From an uncultured Thermoplasmatales archaeon (GTDB lineage Archaea > Thermoplasmatota > E2 > DHVEG-1), in contig CAZKUB010000100.1 of NCBI GenBank assembly GCA_964555835.1, forward strand, positions 1 to 28,103: DNA of 28,103 bases, in the 5' to 3' direction. This document shows, piece after piece, positions 27,111 to 28,103 of the stretch. How positions within the stretch are numbered: position 1 is the stretch's first letter; every line of letters starts with the position of its first letter. Made by a program: the position numbers and the translations under genes. Below the pieces are notes generated by a model. It saw nothing but the letters and a program-made list of their open reading frames with translations, was not told where the DNA came from and searched no databases.

Positions 27111-28103
27111 ATGCTTAGAAAAAGCTCTTATGTCATTGAAATTGTTTTGATTTTAAGTTTACTTATAATAAGTAGTCCTGTTACTCAATCTGAGTCAATA
27201 AATGAAACAAGGACCTTAGTTGTTGATCCAACAAATATTTTTAATGAATATATGACTATTTCTGATGCTATACTTTCTGCGGATAACGGTGATATAATTT
27301 ATGTAAAAGCAGGTGTATATCATGAAAACATTGTGATTAATAAATCTGTATCTATTATAAGTAATGATAGTAAGTTAACAGTTATCAATTCTTTAGAAAA
27401 TGTTTATTCTGTTCTTATAAAATCTTCAAATGTTACACTTTCTGGTTTTACAATTACAGATTCAATAATCGGTGTGTATATACTTGGATCAAATAACACG
27501 ATTGAAAATAATATTATAACAAACCATACAACTGCTATATTTTTAGAAGATTCGTCAGAAGGAAATATTCTTATGAACAATATTATAACTAAAAACCTTG
27601 AGGCTATAACTCTTTACAATTCTTCATATAACACTATCTCAAAAAACTATATTTTTAACAACACCCATGCTGGAATTAAACTTTGGGAATTATCTAAAAA
27701 TAATAAAATTGAAAATAATACAATTGCAAAAAGCGTCAATGGAATTTTTCTAGGCCGTTGGTCAAATTTTAATAAGATATGCTATAACAATTTATTATCA
27801 GAACTGCAAGAAAATAATGGCTTGATTCTAGATTATTCATATTACAACGTTATATACAACAATACTATTTCAAATTGGAGTACAGGTATATCATTGACTA
27901 ATACTCATAATAATACTATACGAGATAATATATTTGAAAATAATTACAGAGGTATTTATCAGAAGGATTCATATGAAGAAAAACTTTATGAATACAATTT
28001 TTTTATAGATAACATAATTGATATAAGGCCCTATGTAAAACCACCTGTTATTAGCGCAATTGTTATTATCATTGCTTTTTTGTTATTGATTCTCTTTTTT
28101 ATC
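27111..28103 (+). CDS. Exported right-handed beta-helix (NosD/CASH-type) protein with a C-terminal TM segment, truncated at the window edge; absent from the ORF track
   Basis: Manual translation is open for 331 codons: signal-like MLRKSSYVIEIVLILSLLIISSP, then TISDAILSADNGDIIYVKAGVYHENIVINKS, repeated GI.L..S..N.I.NN.I units, and the terminal KPPVISAIVIIIAFLLLILFFI. Confidence 0.88.
   Translation, partial: MLRKSSYVIEIVLILSLLIISSPVTQSESINETRTLVVDPTNIFNEYMTISDAILSADNGDIIYVKAGVYHENIVINKSVSIISNDSKLTVINSLENVYSVLIKSSNVTLSGFTITDSIIGVYILGSNNTIENNIITNHTTAIFLEDSSEGNILMNNIITKNLEAITLYNSSYNTISKNYIFNNTHAGIKLWELSKNNKIENNTIAKSVNGIFLGRWSNFNKICYNNLLSELQENNGLILDYSYYNVIYNNTISNWSTGISLTNTHNNTIRDNIFENNYRGIYQKDSYEEKLYEYNFFIDNIIDIRPYVKPPVISAIVIIIAFLLLILFFI

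Noticed and set aside
1-28103. tRNA, rRNA, CRISPR arrays, IS elements, integrases, defence systems
   Set aside because: No cloverleaf, repeat-spacer periodicity, transposase/integrase motifs or terminal inverted repeats were seen by eye. A tRNAscan-SE/Infernal run would be decisive for small RNAs.

Overview
AT-rich (roughly 30% GC by eye) archaeal chromosomal window. It carries csl4, rpoL, Kae1/Bud32, Topo VI A/B, type II IleRS, archaeal GGAGG/GGTGA ribosome-binding sites and TATA boxes. Gene content suggests a sediment Thermoplasmatota (MBG-D/DHVEG-1-like), which is an inference. The left part is a leucine-catabolism-type operon on the minus strand: crotonase, methylglutaconyl-CoA hydratase, biotin carboxylase, BT/BCCP subunit and a truncated MCC beta subunit. 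Divergent from it is a sodium:solute symporter translationally coupled to a repressor-type BirA, with a BirA-like operator over the symporter start. That points to an undescribed SSS-family biotin importer regulon. The accessory middle has a class I aminotransferase, SlyD, an exported serpin, a tandem TGACA-N5-TGTCA operator next to an unannotated 45-aa ORF, two tandem paralogous small acidic proteins, a bacterial-type glucokinase/LOG/Rpe operon with altered active-site residues, and MscS. The right part is core: csl4-rpoL-truD-ileS-kae1-bud32-rdgB, a membrane protein, top6B-top6A, DUF192 and a truncated membrane-anchored beta-helix protein. No tRNA, rRNA, CRISPR array or mobile element was recognised.
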